Positions 63,524-64,000 of a stretch of 64,000 nucleotides of DNA are shown piece after piece. The notes beneath the pieces were generated by a model that did no database searches, was not told where the DNA came from, and saw only the letters and a program-made list of their open reading frames with translations. Position 1 is the stretch's first letter; the number at the start of each line of letters is the position of its first letter. The DNA is taken from assembly GCA_963801605.1 (NCBI GenBank), contig CAWDFP010000006.1, forward strand, positions 864,001 through 928,000, given 5' to 3'. The position numbers were made by a program, and so were the translations under genes. The stretch comes from an uncultured candidate division Zixibacteria bacterium. GTDB lineage: Bacteria; Zixibacteria; MSB-5A5; UBA10806.

Positions 63524-63552
63524 GGAACGTTTTGCCTTGACGTGGAGTAATA
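63524..63552 (+). promoter_or_regulatory. ECF-type promoter GGAAC-N18-GTAATA
   Basis: GGAAC GTTTTGCCTTGACGTGGA GTAATA, upstream of the Rrf2 gene. Confidence 0.6.
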
Positions 63553-63609
63553 GCTACAGTAATATCGGGGGAAGTGGATTAGTAAACTCCATTTTAAAGG
63601 AGAAGTAAA

Positions 63610-64000
63610 ATGCAAATATCACGCAAATCCGACTACGCGTTGCGGGCGATGGTCTATGTGGCCGCCTGGGAAAATGATAAAATCTGTTCCATTAACGAAA
63701 TTTCTGCCGCCGAGAAAGTACCGCGCGAATATCTGGCCAAGATTCTCAAAGAGCTGGCTCTTCAGGGATTTCTTCAGAGCTTTAAGGGTATTAACGGCGG
63801 CTACCGGCTGGCCATGCCTCGGGAGAGGATAACATTCCTATCCATCATTGAGGCTATGCAGGGCAAGGTCGCGGTCAATGATTGCGTTCGTAAGGCCGGC
63901 AGCGCTGAGGCTTGTAACAGAATGGGTGGATGCGCTATGCATTCCTTCTGGACTGCCGAACAGGAGAGAGTGACCAAGTCGCTTTCATCGGTTAACCTGG
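63610..64000 (+). CDS. Rrf2-family (IscR/NsrR-like) transcriptional regulator; 3'-partial
   Basis: MQISRKSDYALRAM..YLAKILKEL..KGINGGYRL..C-x8-C-x5-CAMH. AGGAG RBS; runs off the window end. Confidence 0.9.
   Translation, partial: MQISRKSDYALRAMVYVAAWENDKICSINEISAAEKVPREYLAKILKELALQGFLQSFKGINGGYRLAMPRERITFLSIIEAMQGKVAVNDCVRKAGSAEACNRMGGCAMHSFWTAEQERVTKSLSSVNL

Overview
Gene-dense bacterial chromosome segment from a diderm, probably anaerobic or facultative organism. C-terminal QNYPNPFN sorting domains, a dockerin-like tail, a gingipain-like C25 protein and multiheme cytochromes suggest an FCB-related lineage such as Zixibacteria (inference). Contents: (1) a CbcL-like multiheme cytochrome c/cytochrome b fusion, truncated at the window start; (2) a surface-polysaccharide-associated locus (deacetylase, WecB, NAD-dependent epimerase) followed by an acyl-CoA ligase/AsnB/GlnA/ACP/NadE-like cassette; (3) lipoproteins, one with a type IV pilin head apparently inserted into an FN3-like domain; (4) a stand-alone LeuCD/HacAB pair; (5) peptide-processing genes (secreted PepF, peptidase-TolB-Omp85 fusion, C25 protein, OPT transporter); (6) MurA, LpxH-like and QueG; (7) a DsrMK-like pair and a Rieske/cytochrome b/nonaheme complex; (8) a MacAB-type exporter; (9) a partial Rrf2 regulator. 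Three features are not visible in the ORF track. A GGAAC-N18-GT ECF-type promoter motif occurs, correctly oriented, upstream of 7-9 genes, many of them redox, copper or envelope genes. A 54-aa membrane peptide gene has its own sigma54 promoter, RBS and terminator. About 12 frameshifts in 10 genes can all be repaired by deleting one base each, which points to a systematic sequencing error rather than real pseudogenes. No rRNA, tRNA, CRISPR array or transposase was recognised.
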